Positions 35,968 to 44,699 of a DNA stretch of 44,699 bases are shown here, piece after piece. The notes beneath the pieces were generated by a model, which worked only from the letters and a program-made list of their open reading frames with translations, had not been told where the DNA came from and ran no database searches. This DNA comes from Deltaproteobacteria bacterium (GTDB lineage Bacteria > Desulfobacterota > Desulfomonilia > UBA1062). Position 1 is the first letter of the stretch. Each line of letters opens with the position of its first letter. The translations under genes and the position numbers were made by a program. The stretch is from NCBI GenBank assembly GCA_016929755.1, contig JAFGIF010000146.1:1-44699 (forward strand), given 5' to 3'.

Positions 35968-37484
35968 CCTGCACTCCCTTTCTTACAGATCAGCTTGAAT
36001 TTCACGCGCTGATCCTGTTTATCAACATTGGCGCTCACGATTTTGACATCCGTAATATATTCAAGCTCGCCAAGCTTGCCCTTTATCCGTTCCACGTTAT
36101 CGTACGATTGCGTATCTCCGGCCAAAGTAATACTGTTCTCATCAATGGTAATTATATCAAGTGTAATTTCTATATCCCGGGTAAATTTTAAACTTACATC
36201 GTGCAGAATCTGCAAAGGGGTATCCTGAGGTGTTTCAACAAATATTCCCGATTTGCTGGATAAAGCCGCTAAATGCTGCTGCATCTGTTGAACCGGTGCA
36301 ACCATGGGAGTCCCCTGGGGCATGACCGCAGTAAACTCCTTGCGGATTTTTGCCACGATTTCATCTTTGAGCTGCGATTTAAAATATACATCAAGACCAA
36401 GCCAGGCAATCCAGAGGATAATCAGGATGGCAAGGGGCTTGGCCCACGCGCGGGCATAACCCTTCAGGTTTTCCAATTTTCTGGTGTAGGCCAGATCACC
36501 TTGACGGAAGTTGATACTGTCACTGCTGTCAACCCCCCTCAAGGCCAGCGAGACCGCCATAAATGATTTCAGAATATCGTTAATGGACCCATCAGAAACA
36601 GCCTCCCTTGCCGGAGGAATCTCCACCGTAATGCCGCCTGCTCCTTCAAAACACTCAGCCAGGTCTTCGATCCGCTGGGTATATCCGGTGGGGATCAAAA
36701 CATATTCATCCTGCCTCTGGCCAACCCGTTCAAGGGCTATTAAAAGCTCACGTATCAGTGGATTCAAACGCTTCCCTGCCCTGATTCCCTGATGAAATTG
36801 CTTGTCATATGGTTGATCGTTAGAGAAATCCCCGTCGCTATCCAGGTCCGTAAGTATTCTTTTGAAACCAAAAGGGAGCGCTCCGATATGTGCCAAATGA
36901 TTTCCGTGCAAGATGGCAAAGGTGCTCTCATGCCAACCCATATACAGGATTATATAATTGGAATCGGATGCAAGATCAAAAACATTTTTTGCTCCAGCCA
37001 CCAGTGCCCCGGAGGGTGCATCAACGATTACCGGGTCCAGGCCGATATTTTTCAGTCCTGCAACAAGGTTCCTGACAGAAGATGAGCGTGCGGCAACAGC
37101 ATCGACTATCGTTAGTTCTCCTGGATTTTTCCCTGCCAGGACAAAATCCACTTCCAAGTCACTCTCGCCGAAGGGAAGCAGTGTTTCCATCTCGGCCTGT
37201 ATCGTGCCGGCTATTTTTTTACGGTCGCTAAACGGTCTCATCAACTGACGATGCATAACCTCGCTTTCAGGAAGACTTACTATGCAGGTATCCAGAGTCA
37301 TCCCCAGATCTTTGAGCACGGTTTTTACATCATCTGTGACATGGTTTAGGGCCTGACCGTTTTCGTCCAGTTCTCGTTGAAACCGCAGGAGTTTCTCTAT
37401 GGTGAATTCAGACATGGTAGCCTTGACAACACAGGCATGAATGCTCTGATTATCCCAATTAACTCCCAAAGTATAGCGTGCCAT
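35964..37484 (-). CDS. gspL: Type II secretion protein GspL (PilM/PilN-like)
   Basis: Actin-like cytoplasmic part, INFRQG motif, TM and a PilN-like tail. Confidence 0.82.
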   Translation of the reverse strand: MARYTLGVNWDNQSIHACVVKATMSEFTIEKLLRFQRELDENGQALNHVTDDVKTVLKDLGMTLDTCIVSLPESEVMHRQLMRPFSDRKKIAGTIQAEMETLLPFGESDLEVDFVLAGKNPGELTIVDAVAARSSSVRNLVAGLKNIGLDPVIVDAPSGALVAGAKNVFDLASDSNYIILYMGWHESTFAILHGNHLAHIGALPFGFKRILTDLDSDGDFSNDQPYDKQFHQGIRAGKRLNPLIRELLIALERVGQRQDEYVLIPTGYTQRIEDLAECFEGAGGITVEIPPAREAVSDGSINDILKSFMAVSLALRGVDSSDSINFRQGDLAYTRKLENLKGYARAWAKPLAILIILWIAWLGLDVYFKSQLKDEIVAKIRKEFTAVMPQGTPMVAPVQQMQQHLAALSSKSGIFVETPQDTPLQILHDVSLKFTRDIEITLDIITIDENSITLAGDTQSYDNVERIKGKLGELEYITDVKIVSANVDKQDQRVKFKLICKKGSAG

Positions 37485-37499
37485 AAAAAATCCTTAATC

Positions 37500-38510
37500 T
37501 TAATATAATTTATAATACACTATTCTGGGCCCGTTGTTAATGCGTTCCACAACGGCCCGAAGGTTTACCATAGCTCCGCTTGGCATTACACCCTTGATGT
37601 CTACCCGGAAACGGGTGCTCATCAAGGTTATTACATTGTTCTGCAACCACAAGAGTTCCTTTTCAAGATCTGAAATATTTTCCGATTCTAACACTCTGAA
37701 TCCGATATTGTCTATGAGAGCGTTAACATTCTCAGGTGTTACCGGTCGAGAATCCAGAATCGTCTGCACCACATCCTCTTCATTCAGACCTTCAGGAATA
37801 ATACTGAAAAGAACCTGCTCTGATGCAGTATTAATATTGATTTTCCCATTGGTACCGGCAGTAATATAGTTTGCAACACCCTCATATTCTTCTGTGCCAA
37901 AAAAGTATTCCGGAGCCATTCCTTTTACCAGAAGAATTTCCTCAGTTACGTCCAGCGGACCGTTTTTACAGACATACGGGTTTTCCAGGGCCTCGTAGTA
38001 TTCTGTTTCAGCCCCAAAATCTGTCTCATCATCAGGGTCGATCCAATCAATCAGGGCGTCGAGCAGATCATTCAGATCATCCGCACTTATATCAATCTCC
38101 AATTGGCCAAACAGCCTCATAAACTGAGATCTCCTGAAATCATCAGCTTTTCCATCCTCGGAGACCAGGCTGTTCAAATCAAATTTGGAACACTCGTCTA
38201 CAAGCGTTCCGGTAAAACTCGGTCCTTCCAGAAATGCAGATGCAGTCATGGCATACTCTGAGAAGTTGGCCCAATCTTCATCATATGCATCATAAGCCGG
38301 ATCATCCTGTGCCAGCAATACCAGAGCAGCCTCAACTCCTGCCCGGGAAACATACTGGGCCTGAAGTGAATCCCTGAAATTATAGGCCAGCTCGATATCA
38401 ATACCCTGATCAGTACTGAATTCAACCACCATAACGGTGAAAAGCGCCACCACAGCGATCACTAGAATCAGGACAACTCCGCTTGAATTTTTAACAAGCT
38501 TAAGCATCAT
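37500..38510 (-). CDS. gspK: Type II secretion minor pseudopilin GspK
   Basis: G/VVLILVI leader, DECSKFDLN, LIDWID, EILLVKGM and KININTA. Confidence 0.9.
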   Translation of the reverse strand: MMLKLVKNSSGVVLILVIAVVALFTVMVVEFSTDQGIDIELAYNFRDSLQAQYVSRAGVEAALVLLAQDDPAYDAYDEDWANFSEYAMTASAFLEGPSFTGTLVDECSKFDLNSLVSEDGKADDFRRSQFMRLFGQLEIDISADDLNDLLDALIDWIDPDDETDFGAETEYYEALENPYVCKNGPLDVTEEILLVKGMAPEYFFGTEEYEGVANYITAGTNGKININTASEQVLFSIIPEGLNEEDVVQTILDSRPVTPENVNALIDNIGFRVLESENISDLEKELLWLQNNVITLMSTRFRVDIKGVMPSGAMVNLRAVVERINNGPRIVYYKLY

Positions 38511-39223
38511 TGATTTTCCTGCGCCCGAGTGAGCTTTATACCTGTAAGCGGCAGGGGTGACACGCCGCTGAAACTGATGTCTTTTTCTCTCTGCCTGAAG
38601 GTCAGGGTAACCTTGACCCGTGAGGGAAGTGTAAGGCTTTCATCCAAATCCCATTCTTCGCTCTCCTGGGACCTATCATCATAATAGATGATCTCCAGCG
38701 CTACTACATCCTCGGCTATTTCCATGGCATTACCGGCTTCGGTAATACCGTAATGGGGAGTGCAATCTTCCCGTCGCATGAGGAAAAACAAGTCCTGTTT
38801 TTCCTCCATTTCCTTCAGATAATACCCCACCTCACACAAACTGCCGGTTTTCTGGCTCAATCCTATGTCACAGGTGGTGGTGAAAAAAATACTGTCAATG
38901 TTGGCCTCGTTGTTGGTCTCGTTGCGACCAACAAAACGATACAATGAAATTTCATCATCCGTCATCTCCCGTGCGTCGGCAGGAATATAGGCACAGCTGA
39001 TATCTTTGATAATACGATCCATTACTATGCGTACCATCTGATACACCTCTCGCTGGTACTTCACGGATTCAATCGCCCGATGAGACTGGTAAAACGTAGA
39101 GGTTACAATCGTAATTACAATAGCGGCTATTGCAACAGCCAGCAATATTTCCAAAAGGGTAAACCCCTTAAAATGACGAAAGGTAGGTGATGAACTGTGT
39201 TTCAAAACTGCTCTTTTCTCCAC
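38507..39223 (-). CDS. gspJ: Type II secretion minor pseudopilin GspJ
   Basis: KGFTLLEILLA prepilin motif and C-terminal LPSRVKVTL. Start uncertain (GTG at 39223 or TTG at 39205). Confidence 0.82.
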   Translation of the reverse strand: MEKRAVLKHSSSPTFRHFKGFTLLEILLAVAIAAIVITIVTSTFYQSHRAIESVKYQREVYQMVRIVMDRIIKDISCAYIPADAREMTDDEISLYRFVGRNETNNEANIDSIFFTTTCDIGLSQKTGSLCEVGYYLKEMEEKQDLFFLMRREDCTPHYGITEAGNAMEIAEDVVALEIIYYDDRSQESEEWDLDESLTLPSRVKVTLTFRQREKDISFSGVSPLPLTGIKLTRAQENQ

Positions 39224-39542
39224 CCCAGTTTATGTTCAAGGTGTATTTATAATATCCATCAAGCGGGGTGAGTTCGATGGTTTCCTTATACGTGTAGCCC
39301 TCAAAAAACCCTTCGGTATCTTTTCCAAAATCCCCCTCGTTGCTGTCTGTGCTAACCGGGTCGCCAGAGGATATCAGCTCGGCAATGTGCTCTTGTGCCA
39401 GAAGGGTTGCTGTAGTTATGAACTTTGACCTCATTGCCATGTTGATCCCCTGATTTTCCGCCTGGAGAAGCCACACAAAGGTAATGCTCAAAATTACCAG
39501 GGCAATCAGCACCTCCAGAAGCGTAAAACCTTTTTTAGCCAT
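39168..39542 (-). CDS. gspI: Type II secretion minor pseudopilin GspI
   Basis: MAKKGFTLLEVLIALVIL and ATLLAQ; size and position fit. Confidence 0.82.
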   Translation of the reverse strand: MAKKGFTLLEVLIALVILSITFVWLLQAENQGINMAMRSKFITTATLLAQEHIAELISSGDPVSTDSNEGDFGKDTEGFFEGYTYKETIELTPLDGYYKYTLNINWGGEKSSFETQFITYLSSF

Positions 39543-40041
39543 AGGAAATCTCCACAAAATGATCGTACACTCTGAAGTTACCGGAAAAAGGCTTGATTAC
39601 AAGGGTGTAGGTCTTGCCATAACCGGCCTCCAGGTAGATTATTCCCTGTTCGACTAATCCTTCCGGTGTAATACGCAGATCAAGTTCCCCCTCCTGCTTG
39701 GGAATCTGGTAAGGAGTCTTTATTTTTTTGATGATAACGCCTTCAGGAAGGGTCCTTTCCTTGAGCATTTCAGGAATGACGCCTGAGCTTTCCGGTTTCA
39801 GATAGATCCCGATCGAAGATTGGTCGATATCGAAATGTACCAGATAGGTCTTGTGCTGGGTAATTGCCCAAGACCTGGCCAATTGAATCATGGTCCCCAT
39901 ATCACGGGTCACCCGGTCCATGTTCGAGGAAAACAGCCCCCCGAAAAGCGAGGGACCGATATAGCCTAAGGTAATACTGATAATAACCAGAACAATCACC
40001 AGTTCGAGAAGCGTAAATCCTCTACCGCTGCTGTTCTTCAA
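39535..40041 (-). CDS. gspH: Type II secretion minor pseudopilin GspH
   Basis: RGFTLLELVIVL and LARSWAI; follows gspG. Confidence 0.8.
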   Translation of the reverse strand: MKNSSGRGFTLLELVIVLVIISITLGYIGPSLFGGLFSSNMDRVTRDMGTMIQLARSWAITQHKTYLVHFDIDQSSIGIYLKPESSGVIPEMLKERTLPEGVIIKKIKTPYQIPKQEGELDLRITPEGLVEQGIIYLEAGYGKTYTLVIKPFSGNFRVYDHFVEISYG

Positions 40042-40474
40042 CGTCCCAGTTCCCTATATCGGCATTCTTGCCATCCCCACCGGGCTGTCCGTCAGCCCCA
40101 TAGGAAAACAGATCAAAACTGTTGGAATTGTGTACACCGGGATAGAGATAAACAAATTCATTGCCCCAGGCATCTTTTGGTACACTACTCTTTTCCAGAT
40201 AACCTTCTTCTCGCCAATCAGAAGGAATGTTGCCCACGGTTGGTTTCGCAACAAGCGCTCTTAAGCCCTGTTCGGTAGAGGGATAATCCTGATTATCGAT
40301 ACGATAGATATTCAACGCATTTTCCAGTGCTTTTATCTGAATCATGGCCTGCGTCCGCCGGGCTTCTTCAGGCCGACCCATGATCTGAGTTCCGACATAG
40401 GTGGCAAGGATGCCCAGAATCACGATTACGATCAAGAGTTCAATAAGGGTAAATCCCTTTTCATTCATGGTCAC
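40022..40474 (-). CDS. gspG: Type II secretion major pseudopilin GspG
   Basis: GFTLIELLIVI, YPSTEQGLRAL, PKDAWG and SYGADGQPGG..NADI. Confidence 0.95.
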   Translation of the reverse strand: MTMNEKGFTLIELLIVIVILGILATYVGTQIMGRPEEARRTQAMIQIKALENALNIYRIDNQDYPSTEQGLRALVAKPTVGNIPSDWREEGYLEKSSVPKDAWGNEFVYLYPGVHNSNSFDLFSYGADGQPGGDGKNADIGNWDVEEQQR

Positions 40475-40489
40475 ACTCCTTAGTTTTTC

Positions 40490-41713
40490 CTAACGTATTA
40501 TCTGACTGATCTGCAACATGGGGAAAAGGATTGATATCACAACGAACGCGACCGAGACTCCCATAATGAGAATCATAAACGGTTCAAGCACCGAGGTGAG
40601 TCCTGCTACGCTTGTCTCAACTTCTTCTTCATAAGCATCAGCCACTCGAAGCAACATATCCTCCAGTTTCCCGCTTTTCTCGCCAACGCTGATCATATGG
40701 ATTAAAATCGGCGGAAATTCGCCGGACTTTTTCAGGGGAGCTGCAATGCTGGATCCATCCATTACCTCTGCAATCGAATCTTCTACGGCGGATTCCATCA
40801 CTTTGTTCTGTACTACCGATGCCACTATACTCAAGGATTCCAGAATCGGTACCCCGGAAGCCAGTAAAGTACCCAGCGTCCTGGCAAATCTGGCCACAGA
40901 TATCTTTTTATACACCGATCCGTACAGAGGTATCTTCATCTTGATCCGATCGAATTTCATTGAACCACTCTCGGTTCTTTTCCAGCGCACAATAGCATAT
41001 ATGATACTTATGCATGCCAGAAGAACAATCCACCAGGCTGTAATAAAAAAATCGCTCAGAGCAATCAGCATACGTGTCGGCAAGGGTAGAACCTGATTCA
41101 TACTCTCAAAAATGGTGATCACCTTCGGCACGATCGAAGTTAACAGATAGATTAGAACCACACTGCATACACAGAATAACAGAATCGGATATATCATGGC
41201 AGCAACAATCTTCGATCTCAGACGGTGCTGCCCCTCCATGAATTCTGCCAGTCTCAGAAGAACGATATCCAGGGCACCGCTCACCTCTCCCGAACGCACC
41301 ATATTCACATATAGATCCGGGAATGTTCTTTTATGCTGGGACAAGGCATCCGCAAAGGAAGATCCTTCATTTACTGAATCTCGCACCTGGGCAATTGTCT
41401 TTTTGAGCACTGTTGAATCGGTCTGCTCATACAGGGCATTGAGGGCATCCACCAGAGGTATCGCCGCTGCAATCAGGGTTGAAAGCTGCCTGGTCATGAC
41501 AGTAATATCTTCGGAGCCAATTTTTCCAAAAAGTTCCTTCAGCGATATATCCCATAACCTTGCAGTATCTGCGGCAATTTCTTCAGAGATGGACTTTACG
41601 AATATTCCCTGGGAGCGAAGCTTTAATTTGGCTTCCCGCAAGGACAATGCATCCACCATGCCCTTGGTATCCTTGCCTTTTTCTGTATACCCATTCCAGG
41701 TATATACTGCCAA
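40490..41713 (-). CDS. gspF: Type II secretion inner-membrane platform protein GspF
   Basis: TRQLSTLI, GEVSGAL, AMIYP, GEKSGKL and LEP; TTG start behind SD AAGGAGG. Confidence 0.93.
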   Translation of the reverse strand: MAVYTWNGYTEKGKDTKGMVDALSLREAKLKLRSQGIFVKSISEEIAADTARLWDISLKELFGKIGSEDITVMTRQLSTLIAAAIPLVDALNALYEQTDSTVLKKTIAQVRDSVNEGSSFADALSQHKRTFPDLYVNMVRSGEVSGALDIVLLRLAEFMEGQHRLRSKIVAAMIYPILLFCVCSVVLIYLLTSIVPKVITIFESMNQVLPLPTRMLIALSDFFITAWWIVLLACISIIYAIVRWKRTESGSMKFDRIKMKIPLYGSVYKKISVARFARTLGTLLASGVPILESLSIVASVVQNKVMESAVEDSIAEVMDGSSIAAPLKKSGEFPPILIHMISVGEKSGKLEDMLLRVADAYEEEVETSVAGLTSVLEPFMILIMGVSVAFVVISILFPMLQISQIIR

Positions 41714-41723
41714 TTACTCCTCC

Positions 41724-42671
41724 TTACTGGGTAGAATCTTCGCCGTTGTCCGGTGCAGCTTCCTCTGTGTTTCCCGATTGGTTGTCGACGTCTTCGGTAA
41801 AATGCTCTTCGTTTATACTGATGGTAATTTCCTGTTTGATCTTGGCTTTAAGTTGTTCCAGAGCATCTTCCATGCTTTCTTGTTTCAAAATCCGCTCAAT
41901 AGAACTTTTGACTTCAGAGAGTTCTTTGACTGTGGCCGGCTTTTTATCCTGAACCTGAATGATATGAAAACCGAATGAACTCTTCACCACATCGCTGATC
42001 TCATCCTTTTCCATTTCGAATGCAGCCTTTTCAAAAACCGGGTCCATCCTACCTTTGGATATCCAGCCCAGATCACCGCCCTTCTTTGCAGAAGGACACT
42101 TTGACAAAGTTTTGGCCAGTTCCGCAAAATCCTCGCCCTTTTGGATACGCCCCAGCACATCAACTGCTTCTTCTTGAGTGTCCACAAGAATATGTCGAAC
42201 TTTGATCCTGAGCGGGGTGGAAAACTTATCCGTATTATCGTTATAATACGCTGTTATCTCATCTTCTTCGACTGCGGCATTTTCAGTTACATCCGCCTCA
42301 AGCTCTTTGGCCAGTATCTGATCAATCAGATATTCGATTTTGAGCTTGACTTCAGGCTTAGCGTCTAATCCCCTTTTGCGCGCTTCCCAGGCAAGCATCT
42401 TGACATCCACCAGTCGCTCCAGAACTTCTTTTTGAACCTTGGGAGATTTATAACGTTCCCGGTACTGTTCAGGAACATTAGCAAGCAGAGCATCCAAGTC
42501 AGAGTCGAGAATCACCGCATCGCCAACTCTGGCGACAACATGCTGATCGTCAACTGCCTTAGATGTCTGAAGAGTATCTGATGCTTCCTTGGTCTTTGGG
42601 CCTTCCTGTGCTTGTGTGCAGCAGCAAAGAATGAACATCGATGCCAGCAATAGTACAACTATCTGTTTCAA
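41724..42671 (-). CDS. PpiC-type peptidyl-prolyl isomerase (PrsA/SurA-like exported foldase)
   Basis: Probable TTG start at 42671 (SD GGGAGG) with a signal peptide; VRHILV, FAELAK, GGDLGW and SSFGFHII. Confidence 0.88.
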   Translation of the reverse strand: MKQIVVLLLASMFILCCCTQAQEGPKTKEASDTLQTSKAVDDQHVVARVGDAVILDSDLDALLANVPEQYRERYKSPKVQKEVLERLVDVKMLAWEARKRGLDAKPEVKLKIEYLIDQILAKELEADVTENAAVEEDEITAYYNDNTDKFSTPLRIKVRHILVDTQEEAVDVLGRIQKGEDFAELAKTLSKCPSAKKGGDLGWISKGRMDPVFEKAAFEMEKDEISDVVKSSFGFHIIQVQDKKPATVKELSEVKSSIERILKQESMEDALEQLKAKIKQEITISINEEHFTEDVDNQSGNTEEAAPDNGEDSTQ

Positions 42672-42721
42672 AACAACCTCCCTTGAATGATTAGTCTTAG
42701 TAATATCTAGTGCTTCATGGC

Positions 42722-42750
42722 AGAATAGCACCATTGCCTGTAGCTGTCAC
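42722..42750 (-). promoter_or_regulatory. Putative sigma70 promoter of the foldase-gsp operon
   Basis: Minus strand reads GTGACA-N17-TATTCT with a TGn extension. Confidence 0.45.
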
Positions 42751-42769
42751 TAGCAATTAACCCGCATCA

Positions 42770-43414
42770 TCACACCCTCCACGAGACAATAACAAGCATT
42801 ACGCCGTTTGAAATATAGATACTGGCGGCCTCGGATATGATCCGGTTGCTTACCCCGTAGGGATTACCGATTTCCATGACTGCATCGTGAAGCTCATAGG
42901 CGAATCCTTTCATTCTGATACCATCAACTCTTTGGGTAAATGGCAGGAATGAAACGGTTCGGCCGCTCATGCCACGAAAAACATGGTTTTTTTCAAGTAA
43001 AAATATCTGCTGATTGTTGGTAATCATGTACGCCTTGAGACCAGCGAGTAATGCCATATAAAGCAGATGCACGTTTGCCAGCACATGATCGAGTCTGTCT
43101 CCCGTACCGGCCATAATCTCGATCTCTTGCGCTCCCCTGCCGATTGCCTCCCCGAGCGCTATCTGGGTGTCGGTCTGGTCTTTTTCCGGAGCAAAGCACA
43201 GCATTTCCACATTGTGTCGCGACAACTCCACAAGCACCTCTTCGGGTACGGAATCCATGTCACCCACTACAAGATGCGGAACAACGTCGGACTCTACGCA
43301 GTACAGGGCACCCTTGTCAGCGGCGATAACCATCGCGGCCTTGGATGCATGTTCTCTCAGAAGATCCTTCTGCGGCCTTTCGCCTCCGCTTACAATCAGA
43401 TACATAGCACTCAT
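42770..43414 (-). CDS. thiN: Thiamine pyrophosphokinase
   Basis: IAADKGA, VGDMDS, EKDQTD, GDRLDH and GVSN. Start uncertain (43414; the ORF extends to 43462). Confidence 0.9.
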   Translation of the reverse strand: MSAMYLIVSGGERPQKDLLREHASKAAMVIAADKGALYCVESDVVPHLVVGDMDSVPEEVLVELSRHNVEMLCFAPEKDQTDTQIALGEAIGRGAQEIEIMAGTGDRLDHVLANVHLLYMALLAGLKAYMITNNQQIFLLEKNHVFRGMSGRTVSFLPFTQRVDGIRMKGFAYELHDAVMEIGNPYGVSNRIISEAASIYISNGVMLVIVSWRV

Positions 43415-43458
43415 ATCGTCACTTAAACCGGTTAATAACCTAGGAATCAAGCCCTGCA

Positions 43459-44699
43459 TCATAATGCCAGGACAAGGACTCCTGTTAGCACAATGACTCC
43501 ACCCAAGGTTGCCAGCCAGGTCGGATAGGTCGCATTTTTAAAAAACAGAACAGGATTCCAACTTGTCTCCTGGATGATTCGTGCCTGTGGAATCTGATAG
43601 ACCAGGGGAATATCCGGAATTCCATTGGCATCAATATCCTCAAAACTTCCGGCAAATGCCAGGAATGCCTCCCACTGTTTGAGCTCCTGAATCCCTGCAG
43701 TCACGGGATCAGTGTCAACGATGGCATCGCGCAGATCATTGATCGGATCACCGTTTTTATCCTTGGGTACAATTGTCAGGATACCCCAGGTAAAATCTCC
43801 GATCAGTTTCAAAAACGTGGTATTATAGATATTCCCTCCCACCTTGTACAAGGTGGGATTGCTCTTGGAGGTATCCAGCTTTTCATAGCCTTGCTTATCA
43901 TCACCCAGGTATATATCCACTACCCGGTCAAAGATTACTCTGTTGGGATTATAACGGAATTTCAGACCGGACACCTGAAGAAAGTAATCGCTGCCTTTCA
44001 TTGGATACACACTGGTTAGGATTTCCAGGGCCTTTTTGATCTCGTGGGGATACAGATATACACTTACCAGCGGGTAGCCCGGAGTTTCATCCATCATCCC
44101 GACTCCCAGGGGAACAACCCTGAAAAGATCACACACAGCAAGCATTCCGGTCTCGCCTTTAAGAATATTGTCTCGTATGACTCCGTTGGATTCGAAGGCC
44201 ACGGCGGTTCTTTCTTTGGGATCTTCTGCAGGACCCTGCTGATATGAATCTATTGACCAGCGTATCGAATCAGCCACCAGATTGCCCAGATTGGAATCAG
44301 CCTCCTTCAGTGTAAGATCAAATCTGGTCTGGGCAATTATCTGATCAAAGGTAAAACCTTTGGAGTTAAGGATCGTGCGTGATATCAACTCTCTGGCCTC
44401 ATCAACCATTGTCTGAATATGCCTGTCGCCGACAATTGAATCATTGATTTCGATCTGCTCATAGGCTTGAAAGTGAGATGTAGTATCCTCAATGGAAAGT
44501 TTCAGAACACCCACGTAGCGCCCGTAAGCTCCTGCCTGCACAATAATAGTATCTTCCACGATCATAGGCTCGCGCAGCAGTGTATGGGTATGAGCGCTGA
44601 TGATGACATCGATGCCGTCTACATTCTTGGCGAGCCGCACATCCTCTCCTGCTTTCTTTTCGGAACTATCAAGCCCGCTGTGTGAAAGACAGATGACAA
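43459..44699 (-). CDS. Bifunctional metallophosphatase/5'-nucleotidase, 5' end outside the window
   Basis: Frame is open to the window edge (ICLSHSG); IDVIISAHTH, IVQAG, SNLGNLVADS, NGVIR, QVSGL and a C-terminal hydrophobic anchor. Confidence 0.9.
   Translation of the reverse strand, partial: VICLSHSGLDSSEKKAGEDVRLAKNVDGIDVIISAHTHTLLREPMIVEDTIIVQAGAYGRYVGVLKLSIEDTTSHFQAYEQIEINDSIVGDRHIQTMVDEARELISRTILNSKGFTFDQIIAQTRFDLTLKEADSNLGNLVADSIRWSIDSYQQGPAEDPKERTAVAFESNGVIRDNILKGETGMLAVCDLFRVVPLGVGMMDETPGYPLVSVYLYPHEIKKALEILTSVYPMKGSDYFLQVSGLKFRYNPNRVIFDRVVDIYLGDDKQGYEKLDTSKSNPTLYKVGGNIYNTTFLKLIGDFTWGILTIVPKDKNGDPINDLRDAIVDTDPVTAGIQELKQWEAFLAFAGSFEDIDANGIPDIPLVYQIPQARIIQETSWNPVLFFKNATYPTWLATLGGVIVLTGVLVLAL

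Noticed and set aside
1-44699. CRISPR array, defence island, prophage or IS element
   Set aside because: I saw no regularly spaced repeats, cas, integrase, transposase or phage genes. The nuclease and EndoQ genes sit in housekeeping contexts.

Overview
A stretch of core chromosome, by inference from an anaerobic deltaproteobacterium (Desulfobacterota-like gene content, roughly 45-50% GC by eye). I saw no CRISPR array, rRNA, tRNA, transposase, integrase or prophage. From left to right: a PHP/EndoQ-family gene cut by the left edge and missing from the ORF track; a peptide ABC binding protein and two permeases; ppiD; an archaeal-type WtpABC tungstate importer; an orphan cheY; an exported nuclease/hydrolase pair; a thiolase-like/DUF35/XRE-cupin/isovaleryl-CoA dehydrogenase catabolic cluster; a REC-HisKA protein; mutS; a flagellar block (fliK-flgD-flgE, then motA-motB-motB-fliL-M-N-O-P-Q-R) with two clear sigma54 promoters; an MFS transporter, a PAS-GGDEF protein and a phosphoribosyltransferase; a type II secretion block gspF-N led by a PpiC foldase; thiN; and a 5'-nucleotidase cut by the right edge. 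The best candidate for something undescribed is the stator locus: one PomA-like A subunit and two tandem B subunits, one of which has Ser where the normally invariant ion-binding Asp sits. Also notable are a thiolase-fold enzyme lacking the nucleophilic Cys and paired with DUF35, a FleQ-box-like palindrome upstream of the motA sigma54 promoter, and a small unannotated gene behind a sigma28-like promoter. All calls come from motif recognition by eye; no database searches were run.
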